Source of the DNA: Candidatus Micrarchaeota archaeon
GTDB lineage: Archaea; Micrarchaeota; Micrarchaeia; Anstonellales; Bilamarchaeaceae
Direction: 5' to 3'
Assembly: GCA_038046805.1 (NCBI GenBank)
Contig: JBBSVO010000006.1
Span: forward strand, 196,452 to 260,451
DNA: 64,000 nucleotides
In this document: in pieces, positions 27,029 to 36,958 of the stretch
Layout of the letters: each line of letters starts with the position of its first letter
How positions within the stretch are numbered: the stretch's first letter is position 1
Position numbers and translations under genes: made by a program
The notes under the pieces: generated by a model
What the model saw: only the letters and a program-made list of their open reading frames with translations
Told to the model about the DNA's origin: nothing
The model's database searches: none

Positions 27029-27586
27029 ATGGTATTAGAGCTTGTCCTGATTGTGATCGTAGTCGTATTAGTCCTTATCTTATTGTGGGCAATGGGCACT
27101 TTCAATCGTTTCATCGTCCTGCGCAACAGAATTGACAATGCCTTTTCACAAATTGACGTTCAATTGAAGCGAAGATACGACCTTATTCCAAACCTTGTTG
27201 AGTGTGTTAAGGGTTATGCAAAACACGAGAAAGAGACGCTTAATGATGTTATCAAGGCCAGAAGCGGGCTTGTGCAGGGAACCCCTGATGAAAGAATTGC
27301 AGCCAACAACATGCTTACTGGGGCATTGGGAAGATTAATGGTTGTCATGGAACAATATCCCAAGCTTATGGCAAACGAGAATTTCCTGAAATTGCAGGAT
27401 GAGCTTGCCGGAACCGAGAACAAGATTGCATATGTGAGAACAGCTTATAACGACTCTGTGCTTGAGCTTAACAATGCGATTATGGTGTTTCCCGGAAGTG
27501 TAATTGCAGGAATGTTCGGATTTGTCCAAAAGGCATTCCTCGAAACTCCGGGAGAGCAGCGCGAGAACGTGAAAGTCAAGTTCTAG
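27029..27586 (+). CDS. lemA: LemA family protein
   Basis: IDVQLKRRYDLIPNLV..VKGYA.HE and YPKL.ANENF..LQ.EL..TEN.I. Confidence 0.95.
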   Translation: MVLELVLIVIVVVLVLILLWAMGTFNRFIVLRNRIDNAFSQIDVQLKRRYDLIPNLVECVKGYAKHEKETLNDVIKARSGLVQGTPDERIAANNMLTGALGRLMVVMEQYPKLMANENFLKLQDELAGTENKIAYVRTAYNDSVLELNNAIMVFPGSVIAGMFGFVQKAFLETPGEQRENVKVKF

Positions 27587-27672
27587 GCGCGCACTGGAGC
27601 CGTCCGGTTCCATTTCGTTATTTTTTCTCTTTTATTCTTATTCCGCTTTGTTTTTCGCACGGGGTTGCCATT

Positions 27673-28575
27673 ATGGAACAAAAAATCAGTTTCTTTGACG
27701 CGATTGAAACGAACAAGCGCAACTCCCTTATTCTTCTTGTGTTTTCATTTGCCCTGTTGATGGCTGTGGGATGGGCATTCTCAGAAATATTAGGCCTTGG
27801 CGGGCTGGGCTTTGTAATCTCGCTGGTTGCAGTGCTCATCTATATGGGAGTTGCCTATTTTCACGGAGCAAATTTCGTTTTGTCCATGAGTGGTGCAAGG
27901 CCACTTGAGCGCAACGAGTATCCTTTTGTTTATCATACTGTGGATGGACTTGCTGCTGCGGCAGGTATTCCTGCGCCGAAAGTTTATATCATCGATGATC
28001 AGGCAATGAATGCATTTGCAACCGGTAAAGACCCGAAAAATTCCTATGTCGTGGTTACAACAGGTCTTGTCAAGAACCTTAAACGGGAAGAGCTTGAAGG
28101 CGTAATCGCGCATGAAATCTCTCACATTGCAAACTATGACATCAGATTCATGCTGTATGCGGTTGTTATGGTCGGAGCAATTGCGCTTCTTTCCCAGGTA
28201 GCGAGCAGGGCGCTTTGGTTTGGGGGTGGGCGCGGCGGTTCTGGCAAGCGTGGCGGGGGAAATGCAGTAGGGTTAATCATTGCACTGGTTCTAATCATTC
28301 TCGCACCAATCTTCGCCGAGTTAATCCGATTTGCGATTTCAAGACAGCGGGAGCATCTTGCCGATGCCAATGCAGCAAAACTCACGCGTTATCCTGCAGG
28401 GCTGATAGGTGCTCTAAAAAGAATAAGCGGAACTCCTGAAGCTGCAAAGGTAGCGACTGCAAATGATGCAACTGCGCCTCTTTACATCGTTTCTCCGTTT
28501 TCTGGAAAAATAGGGCATTTATTCTCCACACATCCACCAGTTGAGGAAAGGATAAAACGACTTGCTGCAATGTAG
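27673..28575 (+). CDS. htpX: HtpX M48 zinc protease
   Basis: NAFATG, AHEISH, SRQRE..AD, STHPP..ERI. Confidence 0.95.
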   Translation: MEQKISFFDAIETNKRNSLILLVFSFALLMAVGWAFSEILGLGGLGFVISLVAVLIYMGVAYFHGANFVLSMSGARPLERNEYPFVYHTVDGLAAAAGIPAPKVYIIDDQAMNAFATGKDPKNSYVVVTTGLVKNLKREELEGVIAHEISHIANYDIRFMLYAVVMVGAIALLSQVASRALWFGGGRGGSGKRGGGNAVGLIIALVLIILAPIFAELIRFAISRQREHLADANAAKLTRYPAGLIGALKRISGTPEAAKVATANDATAPLYIVSPFSGKIGHLFSTHPPVEERIKRLAAM

Positions 28576-28679
28576 AACTGTCAAGGTTGGTTCTTTATCA
28601 ACGTCTAACTGCCAAATGCCAACCTTTAAATATGTGTTCTGCAAACATCTGTTTGTTTCTAATTTAGAGGTGAAACTAT

Positions 28680-29387
28680 ATGTACGGAGTATCCCCACAG
28701 GCTTATGATAGGGCAATTACTGTTTTCAGTCCAGATGGAAGGCTGTTTCAGGTTGAATATGCAAAAGAGGCAGTGAAACGCGGTGCAACTGCAATTGGCA
28801 TTGTTGCAAAGGACGGAGTTGTTCTTGTTGCGTATAAAGCAACTCACTCCAAACTCGCGCTTGCGGATTCCCTTCGCAAGGTGTTTGATATCGATTCTCA
28901 TATTTCAGTTACTGCAAGCGGACTTATTGCAGATGCAAGAAGGCTTGTTGATATGGCGCGCGTTGATGCGCAGAGGCACCGGATTACCTACAATGAACCT
29001 GCGAATGTAGAATCAATCTCCAAAAGCATCTGCGATCTTATGCAGGTTTATACCCAATATGGCGGTATCAGACCGTTTGGCGTTTCTCTTCTTATTGCCG
29101 GTGTTGATAGCAAACCGCGTCTTTTCGAGGCAGAGCCAAGTGGTGCAATGACTGGCTATCTTGCAGATTCCGTCGGAAGCGGAAAAAAAGAAGTTGACGA
29201 ATATCTGGAGAAAAACTACAAGGAAAGCATCACAGTTGAAGATGCAATCGAGTTGGGAATAAGCGCATTGAAGAAAGCAGTTGATGCGAAGCTATCACCG
29301 GAAAACGTGGATATTTCCTATATTGAAGTCAAGACAAAGAAATCCGTTGCTGTTTCGGACAAGGATGTGGCGAAGTATTTGAAATAG
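28680..29387 (+). CDS. psmA: Proteasome alpha subunit
   Basis: YDRAITVFSPDGRLFQVEYA, RPFGVSLL. Confidence 0.97.
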   Translation: MYGVSPQAYDRAITVFSPDGRLFQVEYAKEAVKRGATAIGIVAKDGVVLVAYKATHSKLALADSLRKVFDIDSHISVTASGLIADARRLVDMARVDAQRHRITYNEPANVESISKSICDLMQVYTQYGGIRPFGVSLLIAGVDSKPRLFEAEPSGAMTGYLADSVGSGKKEVDEYLEKNYKESITVEDAIELGISALKKAVDAKLSPENVDISYIEVKTKKSVAVSDKDVAKYLK

Positions 29388-29440
29388 ACTGGGTTATACT
29401 CCCTACCACTTTATAAATCCTTGCAAAGAAAATTCTATTT

Positions 29441-30313
29441 ATGAACTTGGCCAGTGCTTATGCTGTAAATAATCATCAGGACGCAGTTAGGTTTAGATCC
29501 AGCGTTCATTCTTACAATCCAAAGAGTCGAATGTCCAGGGAACTGCGAAGAGCATTGGGGTTCGAGTCATGCCATCATTTGCAGGAACCTTTACGTATTT
29601 TGGATGCAATGTGCGGCCCGGGTAAAGTCGGTCAGCTAATAACTTCGGAAGCGCTGCTTCATGAGGTCCCCACAAATCTCTTTTTCAATGATGCCAGAGC
29701 CGCTGCGCTTGAATTGGCCACCCCTGATTCGGAAAAAAGAATCCCTGGGAACGTGTGCTCGGTCAGAGATTTATATGCTGGTTTTTTTGATCTGTCGGTG
29801 GTTCGGTTCGGCCTTAAAGATATTCCAGACCTGGCCAAATTGCAGGCAGTGGAGTCATTGCATGCATCTTTGGTTCCGGGAGGGCGCCTGGTTGTTGCTG
29901 ATTTGTATGCCCCAGCTTCTATTCGATCTGATGTTAATACTATCCACAGAACCAAGCAGCGTTTTAGCGGGAGAAATGAGTCTATAGAAGGAGAATTATT
30001 TATACCGACCAGGGGGCAATGGACCCAATTGTTGTTGCGCGCAGGTTTTGCTCGGGTTTCAACAGAATATTTTGGCCGTACGGTGGTAAAAATCTCTGAT
30101 TGGATAGACCAATTCGGCACCGATCCGGTTGTGGCATTATCCAAAGTCCGGTTGATTGAGCAGATGATTATTGCTATGTCGGCATTAGACAAGAAATTCA
30201 ATTCAGTAATGCGGATAAAAACATCCGAACCACTCAATCCGGATGATGGAATATTGAGTTTTGAATCACCCATCGTAATTCTAGTGGCACACAAATCTCC
30301 AGGTGTCATTTAA
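29441..30313 (+). CDS. Class I SAM-dependent methyltransferase
   Basis: ILDAMCGPG, FDL, LVPGGRLVVAD motifs. Confidence 0.75.
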   Translation: MNLASAYAVNNHQDAVRFRSSVHSYNPKSRMSRELRRALGFESCHHLQEPLRILDAMCGPGKVGQLITSEALLHEVPTNLFFNDARAAALELATPDSEKRIPGNVCSVRDLYAGFFDLSVVRFGLKDIPDLAKLQAVESLHASLVPGGRLVVADLYAPASIRSDVNTIHRTKQRFSGRNESIEGELFIPTRGQWTQLLLRAGFARVSTEYFGRTVVKISDWIDQFGTDPVVALSKVRLIEQMIIAMSALDKKFNSVMRIKTSEPLNPDDGILSFESPIVILVAHKSPGVI

Positions 30314-31016
30314 CTATAGTCCCATTTATTCTTTTTCCTTCAATCGCATTTTTTATTTCTTTGAGACCTTCCGTTCCCTGCCCACCAACGAAAAACAGCT
30401 CTATTTTTGACCTTGCCGCAAGCTTGCATGCCAGCATGTCAAATACAAAATTCGTTCCGGCGGTTCTTTTATCCGAACTGTTTGCAAGCGCAATAAGCTC
30501 GTCGTACGTCATACCGTCAAACTTCATTGCATTTGGATTAGTTTTCGGATTTGAATCATAAATAGCATCCACGTTGCTTATGTTTACAAGTCGTTTTGCT
30601 CCGAGTTTTTCCGCAAGAAGAACGGAATCTGTATCTGTTGTTATTCCGGGAATCGTCCCGCCCATTACTACAACGGCATACTTCTGTGCAGCCTTTCCGG
30701 CTTCAGTAAAATCCTTCGCGACTTTCGGATAAACTTTAATTTTTTTTCGTTTTTCCGCGCGAAGCGCACCAACCAGTAGTTTTGCGTTCTTCCATGTTTC
30801 CTTTATCGCTTCCTCGTCTGCCTCAAACTCGCTTCCTCCGCGAGTGCGTACGGCATTTGCCTTCTGCCTTGCGGTCCACCCCCCACCAGTAACAATTCCA
30901 AACTTCCCGCCATTATCCCCAAGAATACTGGAAATTCTCTTCAAAAACCCATCATCAATTCCGTTTTCCTTATTTATGAGACTTCCGCCAACAGAAAGAA
31001 CTGTAATCACAACCAT
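30306..31016 (-). CDS. pyrH: Uridylate kinase
   Basis: VLSVGGS, VTGGG, MGGT.PG.TTD, NVDAIYDSNP. Confidence 0.93.
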   Translation of the reverse strand: MVVITVLSVGGSLINKENGIDDGFLKRISSILGDNGGKFGIVTGGGWTARQKANAVRTRGGSEFEADEEAIKETWKNAKLLVGALRAEKRKKIKVYPKVAKDFTEAGKAAQKYAVVVMGGTIPGITTDTDSVLLAEKLGAKRLVNISNVDAIYDSNPKTNPNAMKFDGMTYDELIALANSSDKRTAGTNFVFDMLACKLAARSKIELFFVGGQGTEGLKEIKNAIEGKRINGTIVK

Positions 31017-31068
31017 GCACCTCGTTCCGATACAATTAAAACCTCAAAACTTAAAAACTAAAGTATAG

Positions 31069-31629
31069 GTGATTTGTTTGAGTTTGGATTTGGGTATTTC
31101 GGAAATAGAATCCTCATTAATGAAAAAAGAGGAAAAACTGGATAAGGTCATGATTAAAAGCAGGGAAATAGTTCGGCTCTGTTCAAATGCAATCAAGGCA
31201 ATACATTCAAAGGAATTTGACGCGGCAAAAAAACTTCTAAAAGAAGCCGATTCCGAGGTTTCTGCAATAAAAAAATTCGAAGACGAGTTCCCTGGTCATG
31301 TTAATCATATAATGCAGGAATATGTCGAGGCAAGGATTGTATTTTCCGCAGTAGAAGATGGGAAAATCCCCTCATTCAAGGACCTTGATGCGCCAATGGA
31401 GGCATATCTCACCGGGCTTCTTGATGCAACCGGAGAACTAAAGCGCGAGATGTACGAATCACTAAGACGAAAGGACAGAAAAGGCGCGGAATCCTATTTT
31501 AAGATGATGGAGGACATTTACGACGCGCTTCTTCCACTCCGCTTCTCAAATGCGGTCCTGCCTGAATTCAGGAGAAAGCAGGATGTGGCGAGGATACAGT
31601 TGGAACAGGCTAGGGGAGAATTATTGTAG
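31069..31629 (+). CDS. Translin-family protein
   Basis: SREIVR, QEYVEA, YLTGLLDATGELKR, RRKQDVAR. Confidence 0.85.
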   Translation: MICLSLDLGISEIESSLMKKEEKLDKVMIKSREIVRLCSNAIKAIHSKEFDAAKKLLKEADSEVSAIKKFEDEFPGHVNHIMQEYVEARIVFSAVEDGKIPSFKDLDAPMEAYLTGLLDATGELKREMYESLRRKDRKGAESYFKMMEDIYDALLPLRFSNAVLPEFRRKQDVARIQLEQARGELL

Positions 31630-31650
31630 ATTAATCCAAGCCAAGAAGGG

Positions 31651-32097
31651 CTATTCGTTCCTCATTCCGCCACCGGTAGTTATTCGCGGCAGTTCCTTTT
31701 GTTTTGCCATCTGTTCTTCCTTATATTCTTTCATTTCCGCATGTGCGAGATTCTTTCCATGAGAAAGCGCAAGATTTGCGAAAATCTTTGCAGTAGAATC
31801 AGTGAACGTTTCCCGATGGAGTTTTGGAAGGTCAAGTTCGTCAAGTCCCTTTTTTATTTTTCCAGCTCCCAATCCAGTTATTTCCAGCCTATGTTCGTCT
31901 ATCATTTCTTTTACTCTTGCTATAAAATTCACTTTTGAGTCTGCGCTCATTCCCTCCCCCATGCGTTCGTTACGCAAGGCTTCTGATCCAAATGTCTTAA
32001 GCATCTCTCTTTCGTCATTATGAAGATTAGCACTGAGTGCATCCCAAAGCTTTTTTGCCTGCTCAAAATTTTCATTCCCCATTTTCTCACCACTCAT
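31651..32097 (-). CDS. Hypothetical protein
   Basis: ORF fills the gap between convergent and divergent neighbours. No motif. Confidence 0.55.
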   Translation of the reverse strand: MSGEKMGNENFEQAKKLWDALSANLHNDEREMLKTFGSEALRNERMGEGMSADSKVNFIARVKEMIDEHRLEITGLGAGKIKKGLDELDLPKLHRETFTDSTAKIFANLALSHGKNLAHAEMKEYKEEQMAKQKELPRITTGGGMRNE

Positions 32098-32147
32098 TCT
32101 TTACCAGAACCAATTTTAATCCTATCCCCGAAATGACAGATGATACT

Positions 32148-33959
32148 ATGCTCCTTTTTTCAGATGTTGCTAAAGTTTTCTCGGAAATCGAATCCCGCTC
32201 GGGAAGACTGGAAATGACGGATATTCTCGCGGAATTGTTCAAGCGTGCGGACAAGTCCGAAGTTGGCCGTCTTGTTTATTTAATCCAGGGAATTCTCGCA
32301 CCACCATATGAAGGAATAGATCTTGGGCTCGGTGAACAGTTTGCGATAAGGGCAATTGCCGCCTCAGCGGGCTATTCCCGCGAACAGGTTGAAGCCAACT
32401 ACAAAAAATCCGGGGATCTGGGTCTAACTGCCGAAGAACTTCTAAAAAAGAAAAGACAACAGGCACTTTCATCAACCGAGATGGATGTCGTATACGTTCA
32501 TACGGCATTCGTGAAAATGGCAAAAACCGGAGGAACCGGTTCACAGGAATTAAAGATAAAATATCTTACTGAACTTTTGAATAATTCAGAACCGCTCGGC
32601 GGGCGGTTTATTGTTAGATTTGTAATCGGGCAGCTAAGGTTGGGCGTAGGGGATCCAACAATCCTGGACTCGCTTTCTGTTTCTCGCACTGGGGATAAAT
32701 CTCTTCGCGAGGAATTGGAGCGTGCTTATGGTGTTTGCGCTGACATGGGTTATGTTGCAACCGTTTTCTTTGAAAATCCAGATAAAATAAGAAAATTCTC
32801 TGTTCAGCCTTTCAAGCCGTTGATGCCTGCGCTTGCTGAGCGTCTTTCCACTCCTGAAGAAATCATTGAAAAAATTCCAATTTGTTCGGTTGAGATGAAA
32901 TTTGATGGGTTCAGACTTCAGGTGCACAAAAAAGGCAGTGGTGTGGAGTTCTACTCCAGAAAATTGGAAAAAATGACCCCCATGTTTCCGGAACTGGTTT
33001 CCGCGGTGCAATCCCTAAAATGTGATTCAATAATATTTGAAGGGGAGGCGTTGGCATATGAGGAGACCGGAACTGGAAAATCATTAAAAAAGAACTATCT
33101 TTCTTTTCAGGAAACGATCCAGCGAAAGCGAAAGCACGGTATTTCAGATGCAGCAAAAGCATTCCCGCTTAATTTGTTTTCTTTTGACATACTTTATCTT
33201 GACGGAAAGGACCTTACAACAGAACCATATGAAAAACGCAGGAAAATTCTTGAAAAAATATTTCCGAGCGGAAAAAATTTGAAACTAAGCGAAAGAAAAA
33301 TCATCAAATCAACAAGCGCATTGGAAAAATTATTCCGTGAATCGATGGATTCCGGGCTTGAAGGAATAATGGCAAAGGATCCAAATGCCCAATACGCCGC
33401 CGGAAAGCGCAAATTCGCCTGGATAAAGCTGAAAAAATCCTATGGTAAGGCTGTGGATACAATTGACGTGGTTATTGTTGGTTACTATCTTGGAAAAGGT
33501 GCTCGTGTGGAGTTTGAATTCGGCGGTCTTCTCGCAGCCGTGCAGAATACCGAAAGCGGAAAGCTCGAAACCGTGGCTAAAATAGGAGGTGGTTTCTCAG
33601 AAGACGAACTGCGCCAGTTTAAGGAAATGCTTGAAAAAATCCAGACAAAATCCCCACCAAAAGATTTGGAATTCAACGATGCACAGAAGCCGGATTACTG
33701 GGTTGTTCCAAAGCATGTGGCCGAAGTTGCGTTTGATGAAATTACGCAATCGCCTACGCATACGTGCGGAATGAAAACTAGTAAAGAAGGGGGTGCAAAA
33801 GGACCTTCAACTTCGCAGAAGTTGGAGGGGCAGAGAACGAAGTTCTCTGGATATGCACTGAGATTCCCGCGTCTGCTCGTTCTCAGAGAGGATAAAAGCG
33901 TGAAGGAAATAACCACGAGCGAAGAAGTTGAGTCGCTTTATTACAAGCAGAGAAAATGA
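32148..33959 (+). CDS. lig: ATP-dependent DNA ligase
   Basis: Motif I EMKFDG, EGE, FDIL, EGIMAK, WIKLK, LRFPR. Start at 32133 or 32148. Confidence 0.96.
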   Translation: MLLFSDVAKVFSEIESRSGRLEMTDILAELFKRADKSEVGRLVYLIQGILAPPYEGIDLGLGEQFAIRAIAASAGYSREQVEANYKKSGDLGLTAEELLKKKRQQALSSTEMDVVYVHTAFVKMAKTGGTGSQELKIKYLTELLNNSEPLGGRFIVRFVIGQLRLGVGDPTILDSLSVSRTGDKSLREELERAYGVCADMGYVATVFFENPDKIRKFSVQPFKPLMPALAERLSTPEEIIEKIPICSVEMKFDGFRLQVHKKGSGVEFYSRKLEKMTPMFPELVSAVQSLKCDSIIFEGEALAYEETGTGKSLKKNYLSFQETIQRKRKHGISDAAKAFPLNLFSFDILYLDGKDLTTEPYEKRRKILEKIFPSGKNLKLSERKIIKSTSALEKLFRESMDSGLEGIMAKDPNAQYAAGKRKFAWIKLKKSYGKAVDTIDVVIVGYYLGKGARVEFEFGGLLAAVQNTESGKLETVAKIGGGFSEDELRQFKEMLEKIQTKSPPKDLEFNDAQKPDYWVVPKHVAEVAFDEITQSPTHTCGMKTSKEGGAKGPSTSQKLEGQRTKFSGYALRFPRLLVLREDKSVKEITTSEEVESLYYKQRK

Positions 33960-34098
33960 GAAATACGGATATTCAATCAGTTTTCTTCAGGGCTTTCGTG
34001 CGGCTCTCCAAATATAAAGAAATCACATTAACCATAATCAATGCAATTGAAATCGCCGTAACCCCGTTCATACGAAAAACTTCGTTGGTTTGATATAT

Positions 34099-34470
34099 TT
34101 ACACTAATTTCAACCCTTTCACAAACTCAAAATCCTTTCTATTTTTTGTGAAAAGGAATGCGTTGTTTTCAATACACGTTGCCGCAGTAATGACATTATC
34201 CACTGAAAATTCCTTCCCTCGGTCTCTTGCCTCGTCTATTATTCTCGCAGCAGTCTCTGCGGTTTTTCTTCCAAAATCAAGAATGCTTATGTTATTTATG
34301 AAAGCAGAAAGAGCCTCCCCGTTTTTTACTCCAACCATAATCTGAAAAAGCGAATTTGAGGTCATACATATCTCTTCCCTGTCTGCGTAATACTGTATTT
34401 TTTTAACGATTGTTTTGTCCCCGCGCAGGAAATCAACAATAACGTCCGTATCAAGGCAGATTTTTTCCAT
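34099..34470 (-). CDS. vapC: VapC PIN-domain toxin
   Basis: LDTDVIVD, DNVITAAT, TKNRKDF. Confidence 0.88.
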   Translation of the reverse strand: MEKICLDTDVIVDFLRGDKTIVKKIQYYADREEICMTSNSLFQIMVGVKNGEALSAFINNISILDFGRKTAETAARIIDEARDRGKEFSVDNVITAATCIENNAFLFTKNRKDFEFVKGLKLV

Positions 34471-34512
34471 ATGCTCAACTATTTCCTTTAGATTTTATTT
34501 CCTTTAGATTTG

Positions 34513-34716
34513 CTATTTGTTCCTCTTCATCCTTTCAATTACGCGCGTATCAATATCCAATTCGCTTATGCTGCCTGCAAATACCAATATGTTCCGTTTT
34601 TCTTCTCTTTCTTTAACCAGATATCTAAGCACTTCGCTAAAGCTCATTCCCTTTGCTCGTTTGATTCGGTATAATTCCGCGTACACATCGTCCATTATCG
34701 TGATAACTCTGACCAT
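34513..34716 (-). CDS. vapB: VapB-type antitoxin
   Basis: VITIMDDVYAEL...K..GMSFSEV pattern, directly upstream of the PIN gene. Confidence 0.8.
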   Translation of the reverse strand: MVRVITIMDDVYAELYRIKRAKGMSFSEVLRYLVKEREEKRNILVFAGSISELDIDTRVIERMKRNK

Positions 34717-34723
34717 ATTTCTC

Positions 34724-34750
34724 AGTAAATGTATTTACTAAATGTATTTA
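34724..34750. promoter_or_regulatory. Putative vapBC autoregulatory operator
   Basis: Palindrome AGTAAAT-GT-ATTTACT and tandem TAAATGTATTTA overlapping the TATA region. Confidence 0.55.
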
Positions 34751-34939
34751 AAAGTTTACCTCTTAGACCTTGTTTCTGTGAAGTATGCTTAACAAGCATG
34801 GTTTAACTTCATCGTCGTAAAGATGCATGTTTTTAAATAACTCTTTTTACGAGATAGATACCAGACTTTCACTCCCGTAAGGCGCACATGTGTCTACAGG
34901 AGGTAAAAATGCTGGCGACCAGAAAAAAGGTGTATAACT

Positions 34940-36010
34940 ATGGAAGACTTGGTAAAATCCGTTATGGGCGAAACTGTAGCTCCCTCTACGAGCGATGATG
35001 GAAGCTCCGAAACAATTAGAATTGTTACAATCGGAGTTGGTGGTGCTGGAAACAATACTGTAAACAGACTCATAAAATCAGGAGTAAAAGGTACAGAGCT
35101 TGTTGCAGTAAACACAGACAAGCAGCACTTGAATATTGTCCATGAAAGGGCAAGAAAGGTTTTGATCGGCCGATCAGTTACAAAAGGACTTGGTGCAGGT
35201 GGTTATCCGGAAGTCGGTGAAAAATCTGCAGAAGTTGACAGGCCATTGCTTGAAAAAGAGCTTGAAGGTGCTCACCTTGCATTTGTTTGCGCAGGTATGG
35301 GTGGTGGTACTGGTGGTGGTGCTGCCCCAGTTGTTGCACAGGTTGCAAAAGAGCAAGGCGCAATTGTAGTTGCTATGGTTACCTACCCATTTGCTCTCGA
35401 AAGAGCAAGAAAAAAGAAAGCAGAAGAGGGTATCCAGAAATTGAAGAAATTCTGCGACTCGGTAATTATTCTCGACAACAACAGATTGGTTCAGATGTTC
35501 CCGAACCTGCCAATGACAGAAGCATTTGCAGTTGCAGATGAAATCCTTGCAAGGGCAATCAGCGGTCTTGTATGGACGATTACCCAACCATCTTTGATTA
35601 ACATTGACTTTGCAGATGTTCGCTCAATTATGCAGGGCGGCGGAGTCGGATTTATTGCAGTTGGCGAAGGAAAAGGCACAGACAAGGTTCGCTCAGCATC
35701 CGAAGGTGTCATAAAGAACAGGTTGCTTGACGTTGACTTTGAAGGTGCAAAAGGTGCATTAATCCACATCTCTGGCGGTGCAGATCTTACACTTGGTGAC
35801 GCAATAAAAGCCGGTGAAATGATCACAGAGAAAATGGATGCAGAGGCTAACGTAAAATGGGGCGCAAGAATAATGCAGAATTACGACGGTAAATTGGAAA
35901 TTGTCGCAATAGTTACCGGAGTAAAAGGAGCGAGCATTGTCGGCGGCTCAACTGACGAAGAGCCAGCATCTATGGGTGCATTCAGCTCTGACCTGGAAAT
36001 TCTCGGATAA
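34940..36010 (+). CDS. ftsZ: Cell division protein FtsZ
   Basis: GVGGAGNN, NTDKQHL, GLGAGG.P, GMGGGTGGG, LINIDFAD. Confidence 0.96.
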   Translation: MEDLVKSVMGETVAPSTSDDGSSETIRIVTIGVGGAGNNTVNRLIKSGVKGTELVAVNTDKQHLNIVHERARKVLIGRSVTKGLGAGGYPEVGEKSAEVDRPLLEKELEGAHLAFVCAGMGGGTGGGAAPVVAQVAKEQGAIVVAMVTYPFALERARKKKAEEGIQKLKKFCDSVIILDNNRLVQMFPNLPMTEAFAVADEILARAISGLVWTITQPSLINIDFADVRSIMQGGGVGFIAVGEGKGTDKVRSASEGVIKNRLLDVDFEGAKGALIHISGGADLTLGDAIKAGEMITEKMDAEANVKWGARIMQNYDGKLEIVAIVTGVKGASIVGGSTDEEPASMGAFSSDLEILG

Positions 36011-36148
36011 ATTTTTATCCGGAATTTCTTTCTTCTTTTTTCTTATTATTTTCTCTCCTTTTCTTCGTTTTTATTCCGCTTTTTTATGATGTTGTTTTTC
36101 CGCTTTGTTTAATCTCTTTAAAAATTCTTTTGCGCACATATTCTTGTT

Positions 36149-36520
36149 ATGAGCAGAGTTACGGTACCTCCATTTACCAAGGTAAGCCGGACTGGCAGTA
36201 AACAGACTCCCGATGTTACGTCCGACCAGTCCGGAACCAAACCTCATTCATGTTGGGCAAAATTCTGGGGACTTTTTAATCGGGAGTTGTCGCAGTCCAA
36301 TATCCGTTCATTGGTTTTGAGCGGAGACGCTGATGGTTTGGAAAGACTGATTGAAAAATATAGATGTGATTCCGGAGAGCTTGATACGATAAATACTACT
36401 TTATGGAATTTATTGAATCTAAAAGGTCGTATTCCTTCCCAGAATGAAAGAGCTATCATAAACAGGGCCAGAGATGTCATACGAAAAATTCAGGAACTGG
36501 GAACATATTCGAGCGGTTAA
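36149..36520 (+). CDS. Hypothetical protein
   Basis: ORF with a TTTAAAAA box about 25 nt upstream. Confidence 0.5.
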   Translation: MSRVTVPPFTKVSRTGSKQTPDVTSDQSGTKPHSCWAKFWGLFNRELSQSNIRSLVLSGDADGLERLIEKYRCDSGELDTINTTLWNLLNLKGRIPSQNERAIINRARDVIRKIQELGTYSSG

Positions 36521-36558
36521 AATTTCAAATTACAAAACTGGGAACAAAGAAGATAAAT

Positions 36559-36736
36559 TGGGCCCGTTGTGATTTGAACACAAGACCTTTCGATTTCTAT
36601 TGCATTTGTGCGATATCAGTCGAACGCTCCAACCGGATTGCTCGTCCCTTCGGACTTTTTCTGCCTCAGGACTTTTCCGCTGGAGCGCTTTTGTCCTTTG
36701 GCTTCTGAAGTCAAAAGGGCCCTGAGCTACGGGCCC
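36559..36736 (-). tRNA. tRNA-Ile(GAU) with two introns (D-loop 36638-36721; canonical 36595-36613)
   Basis: Exons join to GGGCCCGTAGCTCAG|TCCGGTTGGAGCGTTCGACTGATA|ATCGAAAGGTCTTGTGTTCAAATCACAACGGGCCCA. BHB-like GCTC/GAGC helix at the D-loop junction. Confidence 0.9.
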
Positions 36737-36760
36737 GCCAATACTAACTGTTTAATTGCA

Positions 36761-36844
36761 TTACTTATTCTGCCTTGTAACAAAGTAAGTCGCAAGGAGC
36801 ACGATTCCCACCATCGAAAGGGAGAAAACTACTTCTTCTATCAT
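36761..36844 (-). CDS. Putative small single-TM protein (27 aa)
   Basis: MIEEVVFSLSMVGIVLLATYFVTRQNK, with a TATA-like box about 25 nt upstream. Confidence 0.35.
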   Translation of the reverse strand: MIEEVVFSLSMVGIVLLATYFVTRQNK

Positions 36845-36958
36845 GTGAATATTTGTATCCATTCCCTTTTTTAAAGTGTGTCCCGACACTTTCCACAATT
36901 TGCGAATAAACAATAACTATATAAACTTATATACTATATAAATACATAGGTGATACGA

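Noticed and set aside
33973..34071. 32-aa hydrophobic minus-strand ORF (MNGVTAISIALIMVNVISLYLESRTKALKKTD)
   Set aside because: No SD or clear promoter. Could be a gene remnant, but too weak to call.
36608..36874. 88-aa ORF
   Set aside because: Antisense to tRNA-Ile.
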